Shown here piece after piece: positions 9,700-20,726 of a stretch of 28,718 nt of DNA. The stretch is taken from assembly GCF_006345805.1 (NCBI RefSeq), contig NW_021833540.1:1-28718 (forward strand). Direction: 5' to 3'. This DNA is from Octopus sinensis (lineage: Eukaryota). The notes under the pieces are model-generated. The model was given only the letters and a program-made list of their open reading frames with translations. It searched no databases and was not told the origin of the DNA. The position numbers and the translations under genes were made by a program. Position 1 is the first letter of the stretch; each line of letters begins with the position of its first letter.

Positions 9700-9860
9700 T
9701 TAACCCATGTCCTGAGCAAGGAGATATCATTAGTATACGCCTCAGTGAAAACGAGGAGATCCGAACACAACCAGAAGGTACGAAGAAGGTTACCGTGGAG
9801 ACCTTCTTCCAAATGAACTATGTCACCGGTGAATGGAAACGTGTTAGTAAAACACACTAA
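9700..9860 (+). CDS. NELFA: NELF-A last coding exon (V)NPCPEQGDIISIRLSENEE...VETFFQMNYVTGEWKRVSKTH*
   Basis: TTGCAG acceptor at 9699, phase 1. Matches NELF-A NPCQEQGDVIQIKLSE...VDTVFEMNYATGQWTRFKK. TAA at 9858-9860. Confidence 0.95.
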
Positions 9861-9953
9861 ATTAAACTCGTTAGGAGAGATTGAGTGAGAGAAAGAGAGA
9901 GAAAGCATGAGAGAGAGAGAGAGTAACCAAACAACCTACCGATGGATTGATAA

Positions 9954-9982
9954 AATAAAGAAATAATGATAATAATAATAAA
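9954..9982 (+). promoter_or_regulatory. Candidate NELF-A polyadenylation signals
   Basis: AATAAA at 9954-9959 and 9977-9982, about 100 nt after the stop. The context is AT-rich, so these could be chance matches. Confidence 0.3.
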
Positions 9983-10389
9983 GAAAAGAAAAGATGTATA
10001 AATTATTTAATGAGACTATTTACAAAGCAACAAATAGTGACACATCATAAGCTTGTTTACACATATACATACACACACATGCACATACGCATTCATTCAA
10101 CAGCTTTATCGGGCTTCTACAACATGCTAATCCTAATCAACATCCTAATCCTAATCTCCCCCTGTGTAAGAGGACATGAAGGGGATTGTAGGCAAAAGTT
10201 TGCCTCCCCTTCTCATTCTATTATAACACATACATACGCACATATATACATACATACGCACACATACACACATCTGTATGTATACTATATGTCATACATG
10301 TGTGTGTGTGGGGGGGTGTATATACATATGCATGTCTGCTGTTTTATATATATATAGATATACATACACACACATACAGGTATGCTATA

Positions 10390-10455
<66 letters not shown>

Positions 10456-10507
10456 TATACATATAATTATATAGCTAGAGAGAGACATATACACCTTATG
10501 TATGTGT

Positions 10508-10752
10508 GGAGGCGTGTGGCTTAGTGGTTAGGGTGTTGAACTCATGGTCGTAAGGTTGTGGTTTCAATTCCTGGACCGGGCGATGCGTTGTGTTCTTGAG
10601 CAAAACACTTCATTTTCACATTGCTCCAGTCCACTCAGCTGGCAAAAATGAGTAATGCTGCGATGGACCGGCGTCCTGTCCAGGTGGGGAATTTCTATGC
10701 CACTGGAACTGGAAAACCGGCCCTTATAAGCCTGGCGTAGCTCAAGAAGGAA
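10508..10752 (+). mobile_element. Family E tRNA-derived SINE
   Basis: A-box GTGGCTTAGTGG, B-box GTTTCAATTCC, core TTCTTGAGCAAAACACTT...CCAGTCCACTCAGCTGGC. Confidence 0.85.
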
Positions 10753-10775
10753 CTTTTTCTTTTTTATGTGCATAT

Positions 10776-10826
<51 letters not shown>

Positions 10827-10830
<4 letters not shown>

Positions 10831-10990
10831 CGCAGGAGTGGCTGTGTGGTAAGTAGCTTGCTAACCAACCACATGGTTCCGGGTTCGGTCCCACTGCGTG
10901 GCATCTTGGGCAAGTGTCTCCTGCTATAGCCCGGGCCGACCAATGCCTTGAAAGTGGATTTGGTAGACGGAAACTGAAAGAAGCCTGTCG

Positions 10991-11021
<31 letters not shown>

Positions 11022-11225
11022 CTGTGTTTATCCCCCTAGCATTGCTTGACAACCGATGCTGGTGATTTTACGTCCCCGTCACTTAGCGGTTCGGCAAAAG
11101 AGACCGAGAGAATAATAACTGGGCTTACAAAGAAAAAGTCCCGGGGTCGATGTGCTCGACTAAAAGGCGGTGCTCCGGCATGGCCACAGTCGAATGACTG
11201 AAACAAGTAAAAGAATAAAAGAATA
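10827..11225 (+). mobile_element. Family A SINE within (TA)n
   Basis: Near-identical to 7127-7500. Confidence 0.93.
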
Positions 11226-11600
11226 TATATCATTTATTATACACAGTTTACAAAAGAGCTACTTGCTGGTTCATGCATTAGAGTTACAACAATAATTTGG
11301 CAGTTTTATATAACATGAAACTACCTGTAGCTCTATTGTAAATTGTGCAGACTAAATGATATTTACCTCTCACTTGGAGCTTTTTTTTTTTTGTTGATTC
11401 TGCTTATAGCAGAAATGTATACACACACATCTCTCTGTATATACATATATATATATATATAACATCTTGAAATGAAAAGAAATCACAAATCTTGTAATTA
11501 CAGCTACCAAAAGTTCCTTGGTTGGAATAATTTATTCTGCCATTTATGAAGCTGAAAACAAGACTGTTTGTCAGCTGTTCTTTGAGCAGATAATGTTTAA

Positions 11601-11821
11601 CCCTTTTGATACCAACCTGCCTGAGACCACCCCAGGTTCAATGACATAAGCTTACTGTCTTAAAGTGGTCTAAATTATAATCTTCCATCAAAATTCCGTG
11701 GCAATTTGCTCCCGACTTGAGCTTAATAATGAGAAAGTCAATTTACGAAAGACTTCATTATTTTAAAAATTAATTAAAACAAAGGTAGCATATGTTGACA
11801 GAAATATGGTCACAAGGAAGG
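11601..11821. mobile_element. piggyBac-like MITE with TTAA TSD
   Basis: TTAA|CCCTTTTG...GGAAGG|TTAA; homologous in the opposite orientation to 17772-18296. Confidence 0.7.
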
Positions 11822-12104
11822 TTAAACAAGAAATGGTTCTAAAGAAGACAAAAAGAAAAACCAGCTTTGTGGGTTTTTTTTAATTTTAAGTTCCTGTACT
11901 CTCTTAGCTACTTTTCTACATGTTGAAGTGTATATATATATATATATAAATAGATGTGTGTATTTTTCCCTTGTTAACAATTAACACGGAAAAAATAGAT
12001 AAATAGTTACCAGGGTAGCAAAAAATCACACAAGTTTAAAAGGTTGTAACTCCTTGTTTTTAAAGGTAGAAACTTCGGGTTTATGTGAAAGTTTTTGTAT
12101 AATA

Positions 12105-13623
12105 TATATAAATAAATGGAGTTTAATGCATATGTAATTCAAATTCTTTTACTTCTGACACATGTTTCAAAGATATCACTAATGTTATTCCAAAGGAATA
12201 AAATAGTGTAAAACAATGTAATCTTCTCTTCGGGGAAGTGAAGAAATGAAACTCGTCAATAAGACATTTTAACAGAAAATGATGGATATGTATAGTGTTT
12301 AAGTGAACACTATTAATATTGTTTAAAAAAAACGTTATAGGATATATCAGAGGTAGCTTATAGAAAGAGTAGGGATGAATTAAAGAAAAACTAAATAAAA
12401 GAGAAGTAAATAACTAATATGTATATTAAATAAAACCTTATTGACTAGGAAAAATATATATCTAGTGAATGTGAAATATAAAAGGAAAATTGTTTAAATT
12501 ATATATAATGATAGATATCACTTATATGAACTAAAGGTGTGTTTTTGCCAATGTTTACATCGGTATGCATGCTCTATAACTGTGTTTACAAGGGGATTTT
12601 TAGAAAAAAGAATGAAAAATAGTTCAGAATTACAGAGAAGACAGAATTCCTTGCTTTTGTCATAAGATATCGAGATTTAGAAAATCAATCAATCTAAATT
12701 AAATAGTTTATTGTGGTCTTTTAGATCCCGAATTAATTTACTAAGCCCTGTACTGTTATGTTTATTCCTATCCCTAAATGTTGAATAATGATTAGAAATC
12801 CTTCTAGATAACTGTGAAGACGTGCTTCCAATATAAAAATATACGTGATTATGAGTAGTAATTTTACACTGGTATATAGAATTTTTAATTTTAGAGTTAC
12901 TTGACATAAACTTGATTCTGTTGGAATTGACTTCAGATACAATAACCTTGTTATTAATATTTCTAGAGGGATGGATGGTATTAGCGAAATTAATGTTAGT
13001 ATTAGTAAATGAATTAATATTTTTGCAGATTGGTATTATGTGAAGAGATAATTTGTAAGAGATTTTTAGTGTTGGAAAAACCAATCCTAACCGTGAGTTG
13101 CTAATAGAGTAATACATAAAACTCTTTGGAAAATTCCTAATAATAGCTTCACAAAACTGCAATGGGGGGTTAGATTTAATGTGCCTCCCATATGGAATAA
13201 TTATCCAAATGGTTTTACTACTAGTTATCATATTTTTAGTGTAATTATTTTTGAAAAACTTCAATTTACATTTAGAATGATAATAGGGGATTAAATAAGG
13301 GTTATCTCCCTCACTCTGTTTTGTTTTGGTATATAAATTAAAATTGATATCTTTAATTTCTTTACAACTAGATTTCATATCTACATTAGTAAAGTTAGAA
13401 TAAGACTGAATGGAATCAATGTAGATAATTTTCTCTGTATAACCTGCTTTAAGTAAGGCAGAGTTATAAAATTCGGCCTTATCATTGAAAATGTCAACAT
13501 AAACAGATAACTTAGATTACTACATTGTCTTACACCATTTTATTCCTTTGGAATAATATCAGTGATATCTTTGAAACATGTGTCGGAAGTAACAGAATTT
13601 GAATTACACCTGCGTTAAACTCC

Positions 13624-13635
<12 letters not shown>
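12105..13635 (-). mobile_element. 5'-truncated Penelope-like element (PLE2) with an inverted partial pLTR at its 5' end
   Basis: The minus-strand frame from about 13512 to 12520 reads DIFNDKAEFYNSALLKAGY (RT thumb)...IWIIIPY...SIYQCKIT...YIGST...RRISNHYSTFR...STGLSK (GIY-YIG)...CLLCNSE...CKHWQKHTF*, with in-frame stops at about 12689 and 12677. Segments 12110-12220 and 13521-13631 are ~92% inverted repeats. Confidence 0.9.
12151..12239 (-). ncRNA. Type I hammerhead ribozyme of PLE2, mutated core
   Basis: ACTTCC-CCGAAGA-GAAGAT...ATCTTT-GAAA-C-ATGT-G-T-C-AGAAGT. U4 is changed to C. The sister copy at 13573-13590 has GGAAGT, which completes stem I. Confidence 0.75.
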
Positions 13636-13673
<38 letters not shown>

Positions 13674-13730
13674 GCACAGAAGTGGCTGTGCCTATATATA
13701 TATATATATATACACACATATATATATATA

Positions 13731-14150
13731 TAGGCACAGGAGCGACTGTGTGGTAAGCACCTTGCTTACCAATCACATGGTCCTGGGTTCAGTCCCTTCT
13801 GTGTAGCACCTTGGGCAAGTGTCTTCTACTATAGCCTCGGGCCGACCAAAGCCTTGTGAGTGGATTTGGTAGATGGAAACTGAAAGAAGCCCATCATATG
13901 TAGGTATATGTGTGTGTGTTGTGTATATATATATTTATATACATGACGGGTGTGTGTCTGTGTTTGTCTCTCCCCCCTTCCCCCTATCACTTGACAACTG
14001 ATGTTGGTGTGTTTACATCCCCGTAAATTAGTGGTTGACAGAAGATACCGATAAGTACTAGGCTTACAAAGATTCAGTCCTGGGGTTGATTTGTTCAACT
14101 AAAGGCGGTGCTCCAGCATGGCCACAGTCAAATGACTGAAACAAAAGAAT
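13731..14150 (+). mobile_element. Family A SINE, older copy
   Basis: Head, internal microsatellite and tail all present, with more substitutions. Confidence 0.88.
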
Positions 14151-14725
14151 ATGTGTATGCATGTATATATATATGTATGTATACACATGTGTATGTATAT
14201 ATATATGTGTGTATATATGTATGTATATATCATCTAAAATATTGTCAGAAGAAACTCCATAGCTACATCCATTTATATCACCGTCATTACCACAAACAGA
14301 CAACAACAACAACTATATGAGACTAATACTATTACTTGTACAACAGAAGAAAAAAAACAAAAAAAAAATGAAATACTTGCTGAACAGAAAGGTGTTGAGG
14401 ACCAACAAACTAACCACTGAACTCCTGCTACTACTACTACTACTACTGTATCCAATGTATCTTGACTCTACCTCTGTCTAAAATGCCCTGTCTGTCTTGG
14501 AATTAGAACTCAGAATATGGAATTTACAGAAACACCTGAATTGTGTCTTTTGTTTTGTTTTGTTTTTTTAGCCTCTACATTCCTTTAGCTCTCTCACCTG
14601 TTGCTTGTTTGCATTTCTTCAATATATGTTAGCATTTGTTTGTTTTTTTAGAGGGGGGGTGTTGTGGACTTTAGTCTTCATTGAAGCCCTTCTGGGAGCC
14701 ACTGCTGGCTTATTTTTTCTTTGTG

Positions 14726-14995
14726 TTCATCATCATCATCAGTTTAACATACATTTTCTATGCTGGCATGGGTTGGATGATTTGACACGGAGCTGTCCAG
14801 ACTCCAATTGTCTGTTGTGGCATGGTTTCTATGGCTCGATGCTCTTCCTGACGCCAACAACTTTACAGAGAGTAGCAGATGCTTTTTACGTGCCACTGGC
14901 ACGGGTGAATTTATGCAGCATCGGCACCTCTAAAGGACAAGCCTGTATGTATGGATGACCGCACTGTTACTTAGCTTGACATGTCTTCTCAGGTA
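14726..14995 (-). mobile_element. Family C copy
   Basis: CATCATCAT tail, ATGCTGGCATGGGTTGGA, CTTCCTGACGCCAAC, GTGCCACTGGCAC. Confidence 0.7.
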
Positions 14996-15052
14996 CAGCA
15001 AATTACCACAACTCTCGGACCCTTGTCTTTTCCTCAGTGAAGCCCTTTCTTA

Positions 15053-15283
15053 TTTCTTTATTGCCCACAAGGGGCTAAACATAGAGGGGACAAACAAGGA
15101 CAGACAAAGGGATTAAGTCGATTACATCGACCCCAGTGCATAACTGGTACTTAATTTATCGACCCCGAAATGATGAAAGGCAAAGTCGACCTTGGCGGAA
15201 TTTGAACTCAGAATGTAGCGGCAGACAGAATACCGCTAAGCATTTCGTCCAGCGTGCTAACGGTTCTGCCAGCTCACCGCCTT
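15053..15283 (-). mobile_element. Family B SINE
   Basis: Minus-strand head AAGGCGGTGAGCTGGCAGAA and GAGTTCAAATTCC B-box, continuing to the tail. Confidence 0.85.
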
Positions 15284-15309
15284 TCTTACCACGTTACAAT
15301 TATTATAAG

Positions 15310-15455
15310 CTAGGTGTAGTCCAGCTGTGTGGTTAAGAAGCTCATGTCGCGATTTTGGGTTCAGTCCCAATATGCTACTCTTTGGGCAACTGTCTCCTAC
15401 CATTATAGCTTCAAGCTGACCAAAGCCCTGTGAGTGAGTTTGATAGATGAAAACT
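15310..15455 (+). mobile_element. Degenerate family A SINE head
   Basis: CTGTGTGGTTAAGAAGCT...GGGTTCAGTCCC...GGGCAA...ACCAAAGCCCTGTGAGTG. Confidence 0.6.
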
Positions 15456-15478
15456 GTGTGCTTGGGGGGGGGGGGGTT

Positions 15479-15760
15479 CATCACCATTTAATGTCTGTTT
15501 TCCATGTTGGTATGGGTTGGAAGGTTCAACACGAACTGGCCAGTCAGAAGACTGCACCGATCCCTGCTGTCTGCTTTGGTATGGTTTCTATGGTTGGAGG
15601 CCTCTCCAAATGCCAACCACTTTACAGAGTGGACTGGGTGCTTTCTACATTGCACAAACACTGGTGGAGTCTATTTTGGTATGGCTGATGACCTTTTCTA
15701 ATACCAATCACTTTACAGAATGGACTGAGTGCTTTTTATGTGGCCCCAGCAGCAGTAGGA
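15479..15760 (-). mobile_element. Family C divergent copy
   Basis: CATCACCATTTAATGTCTGTTTTCCATG...GCCAACCACTTTACAGA with a repeated subunit. Confidence 0.6.
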
Positions 15761-16200
15761 TCACCAAATAACTTCCAAGACGAGGCCCTTTAGTCTTGGT
15801 CGAAAAAAGGAGTGTTGCATTCGAAGGAAAAGATGGCTACCTCAGGTGGAGGAGGGGGTAGTGGAATGGGGATTGGAGAAGACAAGTGAATTGGTGAGTT
15901 CACAAGATTGAAAAAGGGGAGTGGTAGATGGAGGGGATACTCAGAGGAAGTGTTGTGGGGAAAAGATTCAATGGCGACGTGTGTGTGTGTTAAGAAGCAT
16001 AAATGCACAAACAGAAGGACACCAAATCCTCATCAGCTTTCGGCCAGAGGATCAAACACAATTTCACGCCTTCAACGATAATATTACCTCTGCTGACGCT
16101 GGCAGCAAGAAGCCGCCGGGAAATGGCGAGTCAATGAACAAGGGACCGAACATGTTAGAAAGTGAACAAAAGAAATAAGTATGCAATACAGAAAGTGAAA

Positions 16201-16552
16201 AGGCGCAGGAGTGGCTGTGTGGTAAGTAGCTTGCTAACCAACCAAATGGTTCCGGGTTCAGTCCCACTGCGTGGCATCTTGGGCAAGTCTCTTCTACTAT
16301 AGCCTCAGGCTGACCAAAGCCTTGTGAGTGGATTTGGTAGACGGAAACTGAAAGAAGCCTGTCGTGTATATGTATGTGTGTGTATATGTTTGTCCCTCTA
16401 GCATTGCTTGACAACCGATGCTGGTGTGTTTACGTCCCCGTCACTTAGCGGTTCGGCAAAAGAGACCGATAGAATAAGTCCCGGGGTCTGCTCGACTAAA
16501 GGTGGTGCTCCAGCATGGCCGCAGTCAAATGACTGAAACAAGTAAAAGAGTA
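16201..16552 (+). mobile_element. Family A SINE
   Basis: Near-identical to the other young copies. Confidence 0.93.
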
Positions 16553-16694
16553 TACAAACACGAAATAAATGGACGGATCAGAGGCAAAAACGAAATGTGG
16601 ACATACGAACGAACTGAAATAAATAAGCAGAATGCGACCTGGGGGCCAGACAGGAGACGAAAATATGGTTAATGCCATGAGGAATATCCTCAAG

Positions 16695-16770
16695 CAGTGG
16701 TTCCCGAACTTTTTCAAATTGCCCTCCAACACCCAAGCCACATTCCTGGCGCCCCCATCCCTACTTACCA
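16695..16770 (+). mobile_element. Possible hAT-type MITE end
   Basis: CAGTGGTTCCCGAACTTTTT resembles a hAT/Charlie TIR; no partner TIR found. Confidence 0.4.
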
Positions 16771-16851
16771 TCACACAGGCCTTTCTGAAGCAAATTCAAA
16801 GCAACTGTATTTCACAAACAAAATTTAACCTAGTGAACCCATTATTTTAAT

Positions 16852-17185
16852 CGCTCGGTGGTTAGAGCGTTGGGCTTATAATCGTGAGGCTGTAAGTTCG
16901 ATTTCCAGACCGGGCTGTGTGTTGTGTTCTTGAGCAAGATGCTTTATTTCACGTTGCTGTAGTTCACTCAACCTTGGAAATGAGTTGCGATGCCACTGGT
17001 GCCAAGCTGTATTGACCTTTGCCTTTCCTTTGGGACAGCATCGGTGAAGCGGAGAGGGGAGGTTGGTATACATGGGCCACTGCCGATCTTCTACAAGCAA
17101 CCTTGCTCGGACTTGTGCCTCGGAGGGTAACTTTCTAGGTGCAATCCTGTGGTCATTCATGACCAAAGGCGGCCTTTACATTTTA
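16852..17185 (+). mobile_element. Family E-type tRNA-derived SINE
   Basis: GGTGGTTAGAGCG...AGTTCGATTTCC head and TTCTTGAGCAAGA core. Confidence 0.8.
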
Positions 17186-17323
17186 CCCTAGTAAATCATA
17201 CATCTTAGATTACCCAAATAGAAATCCTTGAGAATCCACTTGCCGAGAAGAGGTGACACAAAGAATCGTATATCTAGGACTACACTATACGTTCTACCCT
17301 TTGTTTTTAAGATAAAGGTGGGA

Positions 17324-17605
17324 TTTATTTCGCGCCACTGTCCAAAGCCAACTAATCACGGCCTTAGGATAAGGTCACATGACACAGTCTTTTGGATGTT
17401 CTTCGGGAGCCTCTAGAATGCGTTAAAGGGCCTCAGAATCTACCATTGCAGGTCTTTGGTCTTCGGCCATTGACCACACCACCACAGAGCAGCCAGTTCC
17501 AGCGACGACCACACCAGCCATGTTCCTGCTACAGCCAGCGACGGCGCCAACATACACCAGCAACGCAGGACGCCATCACCACCGTCGACCTCAACGATGT
17601 GTACA
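17324..17605 (+). mobile_element. Partial Gypsy LTR, preceded by a possible polypurine tract (17309-17323)
   Basis: 282 bp with 6 mismatches to the reverse complement of 27051-27332. Upstream is AAGATAAAGGTGGGA. The first ~20 nt of the LTR are missing. Confidence 0.8.
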
Positions 17606-17771
17606 TCGTTTATTGCAGGTTGAACAACTGCGTAAGCTCTTGGGTGTATTTTATCTGTAGCTTACACACGTAACCATTAAACAACTCAGGATCTTAGCTG
17701 TATATAGTTAAGAGAGGTGAGCTGTATAAAGCTATAGCTATCTCTTTCAACTGTTAACTCACAACAGTTAA

Positions 17772-18296
17772 CCCTTTTGGTACTGTATTTATTTTGAGAT
17801 GCTCTGTGTTTCTTTTAATTACTTTAAATATAACAAAGAATTTAATAAAATAACTTAGTTATCGTTATATTTCGGAATGGTCATTTTGCCAGTTTAGCCA
17901 ATAAAAACACATGCACTGTATATTTGGTGTTACTTTGCTTCAGTGTTATTTATTTTTTACATTAAACTTAATCTTAATAATAATAAGAAGAAGAAGAAGA
18001 TTAAGATTAATGTAAAAAATAAATAACACTGAAGCAAAGTAACACCAAATATATAGTGCGTGTGTTTTTATTGGCTAAACTGGCAAAATGACCATTCCGA
18101 AATATAACTATCTGTTTCAACACACGACTTCACATAAAAAATCTTGCACAACAAATATATAAACTTAGTTATCATTTTAGCTAGTGTTAGGAACATAAAT
18201 TGTGACTAAGGTTTGGTGGAATATTTTATTTCAAAGCTTATGACAACAAAGCATTTGTACACAGAGCCAGAGCCGGGTTGGGAACGAAAGGCAATG
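17772..18296. mobile_element. piggyBac-like MITE interrupted by a 298-bp fold-back insertion
   Basis: TTAA|CCCTTTTG start and degenerate AACGAAAGG..G|TTAA end; homologous to 11601-11821. Confidence 0.65.
17864..18108. repeat. Fold-back inverted repeat (arms about 17864-17978 and 18000-18108)
   Basis: About 110-bp arms with 2 substitutions and one small indel. The insertion is flanked by the direct repeat AACTTAGTTATC (17852-17863 and 18162-18173). Confidence 0.93.
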
Positions 18297-18384
18297 TTAA
18301 ATAGCTGAGTACTTTTTTTTTTTTTTTGCATATAGTTCTAAGTTCAACTTCAAAGAGCTTATTGTTTTCTATGAATTCTGTGCT

Positions 18385-18532
18385 GTGTGGTTATGAAGCT
18401 TATTTTCCAATTTGTGTGCTCTTCTGCTCAGTCCCAGTAATCGGCGCCTCGGACAAGGGCCCAAGGATTACGTTAGCCAGCTCTGAGCCAACCCAAACCT
18501 TGCAGGTTGATTTGGTAGACGGAAACTGAAAG
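18385..18532 (+). mobile_element. Degenerate family A SINE head
   Basis: CTGTGTGGTTA...CTCAGTCCCA...GATTTGGTAGACGGAAACTGAAAG. Confidence 0.55.
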
Positions 18533-19000
18533 TCGCTAGTATACGGGCTACTTTTTACTTTTTACTGGAAGGCAATACTTTGTATTGCATTACTGATATT
18601 TTGAAATTTCTTCACCGTTTCTCGTACTGTTAGCGTTCCGTATTTCAGTCGAGTGTGTTAGTATTAATGTGGTAACATCGTAGATTTCGTCTTGGTATAT
18701 GTTTGGCTGAAGAAGGTAAAGCAAAATATGGGTGAGAGACATATCTTGCAAAACCTGAAACCTGCAGGTACCACATTATCCATTTTCCGGTGTTTCATCT
18801 TTCAGATGTTCTCCCTGGAGTAAGACGTTTTTTTTCTCTATTTTGTTGCACACACGCATTTTTGCTAATACATACGCGGTGAAGCTACACATTAGCGTCG
18901 TATTTTTACGTTCGCTATTTCCAGTAAATATCGGTACTTAGTTGTGCCATTTATTTACTAATTGTATATTATATATATAATATATATATATAATATATAT

Positions 19001-19192
19001 CAGTGGTTTCAACCAGGGTTCCGCCAGTACAGTCCAGGGGGTTCCGCAAGAGTTACAAAAATCGACAGTAATTTTTAATTCTCCTGTGCAGATATGTGTG
19101 CATAAGGCAATTAAATTATTGCACAGGAGTTCCTCGAGCCAGTGGAATGTATCCTTGGGGTTCCGCTTCAGCAAAAAGTTTGAAAAGCACTG
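19001..19192. mobile_element. 192-bp hAT-type MITE
   Basis: TIRs CAGTGGTTTCAACC and GTTTGAAAAGCACTG; 8-bp flanks ATATATAT on both sides. Confidence 0.8.
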
Positions 19193-19361
19193 ATATATAT
19201 ATATATATATATATTATACTTACACAAGTTCAAAACAAGGTGGGGAAAATGGTTCCCGAAAATCAAAGGTAGAGTAATATGCTTTATTAATGCTGCAAAA
19301 ACTTGGAGTTTCACGCTCCAGTTCGTTGGACAGCTGTGATGAAAACTGAATTAAAATTGTG

Positions 19362-19393
<32 letters not shown>

Positions 19394-19397
<4 letters not shown>

Positions 19398-19767
19398 TGT
19401 AGGGGTGACTGTGTGGTAAGTAGCTTGCTTACCAACCACGTGGTTCCGGGTTCAGTCCCACTGCGTGGCACGTTGGGCAAGTGTCTTCTGCTATAGCCTC
19501 GGGCCGACCAATGCCTTGTGAGTGGATTTGGTAGACGGAAACTGAAAGAAGCCCGTCGTTTATATGTGTGTCTGTGTTTGTCCCCCTAGCATTGCTTGAC
19601 AACCGATGCTGGTGTGTTTACGTCCCCCGTCACTTAGCGGTTCGGCAAAAGAGACCGATAGAATAAGTACTGGGCTTACAAAGAATAAGTCCCGGGGTCG
19701 ATTTGCTCGACTAAAGGCGGTGCTCCAGCATGGCCGCAGTCAAATGAGTGAAACAAGTAAAAGAGTA
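19394..19767 (+). mobile_element. Family A SINE
   Basis: Full head, body and tail, following (TA)n. Confidence 0.93.
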
Positions 19768-19775
19768 TATATATA

Positions 19776-20003
19776 TGAGTGGCTGTGTGGTGGGTAGCTT
19801 GCTTACCAACCACGTGGTTCCGGGTTCAGTCCTACTGTGTGGAACCTTGGGCAAGTCTCCGTAACTTAGCGGTTCGTCAAAAGAGACCGATAGAATAAGT
19901 ACTCGGCTTACTAAGAATAAGTCTTGGGGTCGATTTGCTCGCAGTGCAAAGGCGGTGCTCCAGCATGGTCGCAGTCAAATGACTGAAACAAGAAGAAGAG
20001 TAT
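19776..20003 (+). mobile_element. Family A SINE with internal deletion, directly after the previous copy
   Basis: The head to GGGCAAGT is fused at about 19858 to GTAACTTAGCGG and the tail. Confidence 0.85.
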
Positions 20004-20191
20004 ATATATTTGAGGAGATTTGTTATCGGTACAAGTATAAAAAAAAACGGAGAGAAGAGTTGAAAGAGAAATAGATTTATCATAAAGCTGGATTCAATGC
20101 AAACGTACGTTTCGAAAAACAGTGCAAAAATGTAAGAAAAAATTTGAATCGTGGTAATTATAATTATAATTAAAAATAAAAATTAAGAATA

Positions 20192-20567
20192 TAGGCGCAG
20201 GAGTGGCTGTGTGGTAAGTAGCTTGCTAACCAGCCACATGGTTCCGGGTTCAGTCCCACTGCGTGGCATCTTGGGCAAGTGTCTTCTGCTATAGCCTCGG
20301 GCCGACCAAAGCCTTGTGAGTGGATTTGGTAGGCGGAAACTGAAAGAAGCCCGTCGTATATATGTATATATATGTGTGTTTGTCCCCCCAACATCGCTTA
20401 ACAACCGATGCTGGTGTGTTTACGTCCCTGTAACTTAGCGGTTCGGCAAAAGAGACCGATAGAATAAGTACTAGGCTTACAAAGAATAAGTCCTGGGGTT
20501 GATTTCCTCAACTAAAGGCGGTGCTCCAGCATGGCCGCAGTCAAATGACTGAAACAAGTAAAAGAGT
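20192..20567 (+). mobile_element. Family A SINE
   Basis: Full-length copy. Confidence 0.93.
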
Positions 20568-20726
20568 ACAATAAGAGAACACAGATGGGGCAATAAGGGA
20601 AATCTGGTAATTTACAAACCAAGTTGTGAACGGGAAAAATAATATCAACAATAATAATGGTGAGAGAGACGAAAAATAAAAATATATCAGTGTATATGTA
20701 CAGTGAAAGTACAACATAAGAATCTA

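Noticed and set aside
10508-10575. tRNA genes at SINE heads
   Set aside because: A and B boxes are present, but no complete cloverleaf is evident and each head continues into a repeated SINE body.
14240-14470. Thr-rich coding-like patch (TTEEKKQKKNEILAEQKGVEDQQ)
   Set aside because: It has in-frame stops, is made largely of trinucleotide and poly-A runs, and has no clear splice sites.
17392-17673. Duplicated ORF MDVLREPLEC... (also 27010-27264) as a small gene pair
   Set aside because: Both lie inside LTR sequence, and their similarity follows from the DNA repeat.
20095-20130. GAAACGTACGT with TGCA/TGCA stem as a hammerhead
   Set aside because: No CUGANGA and no stem II; at best a deleted remnant.
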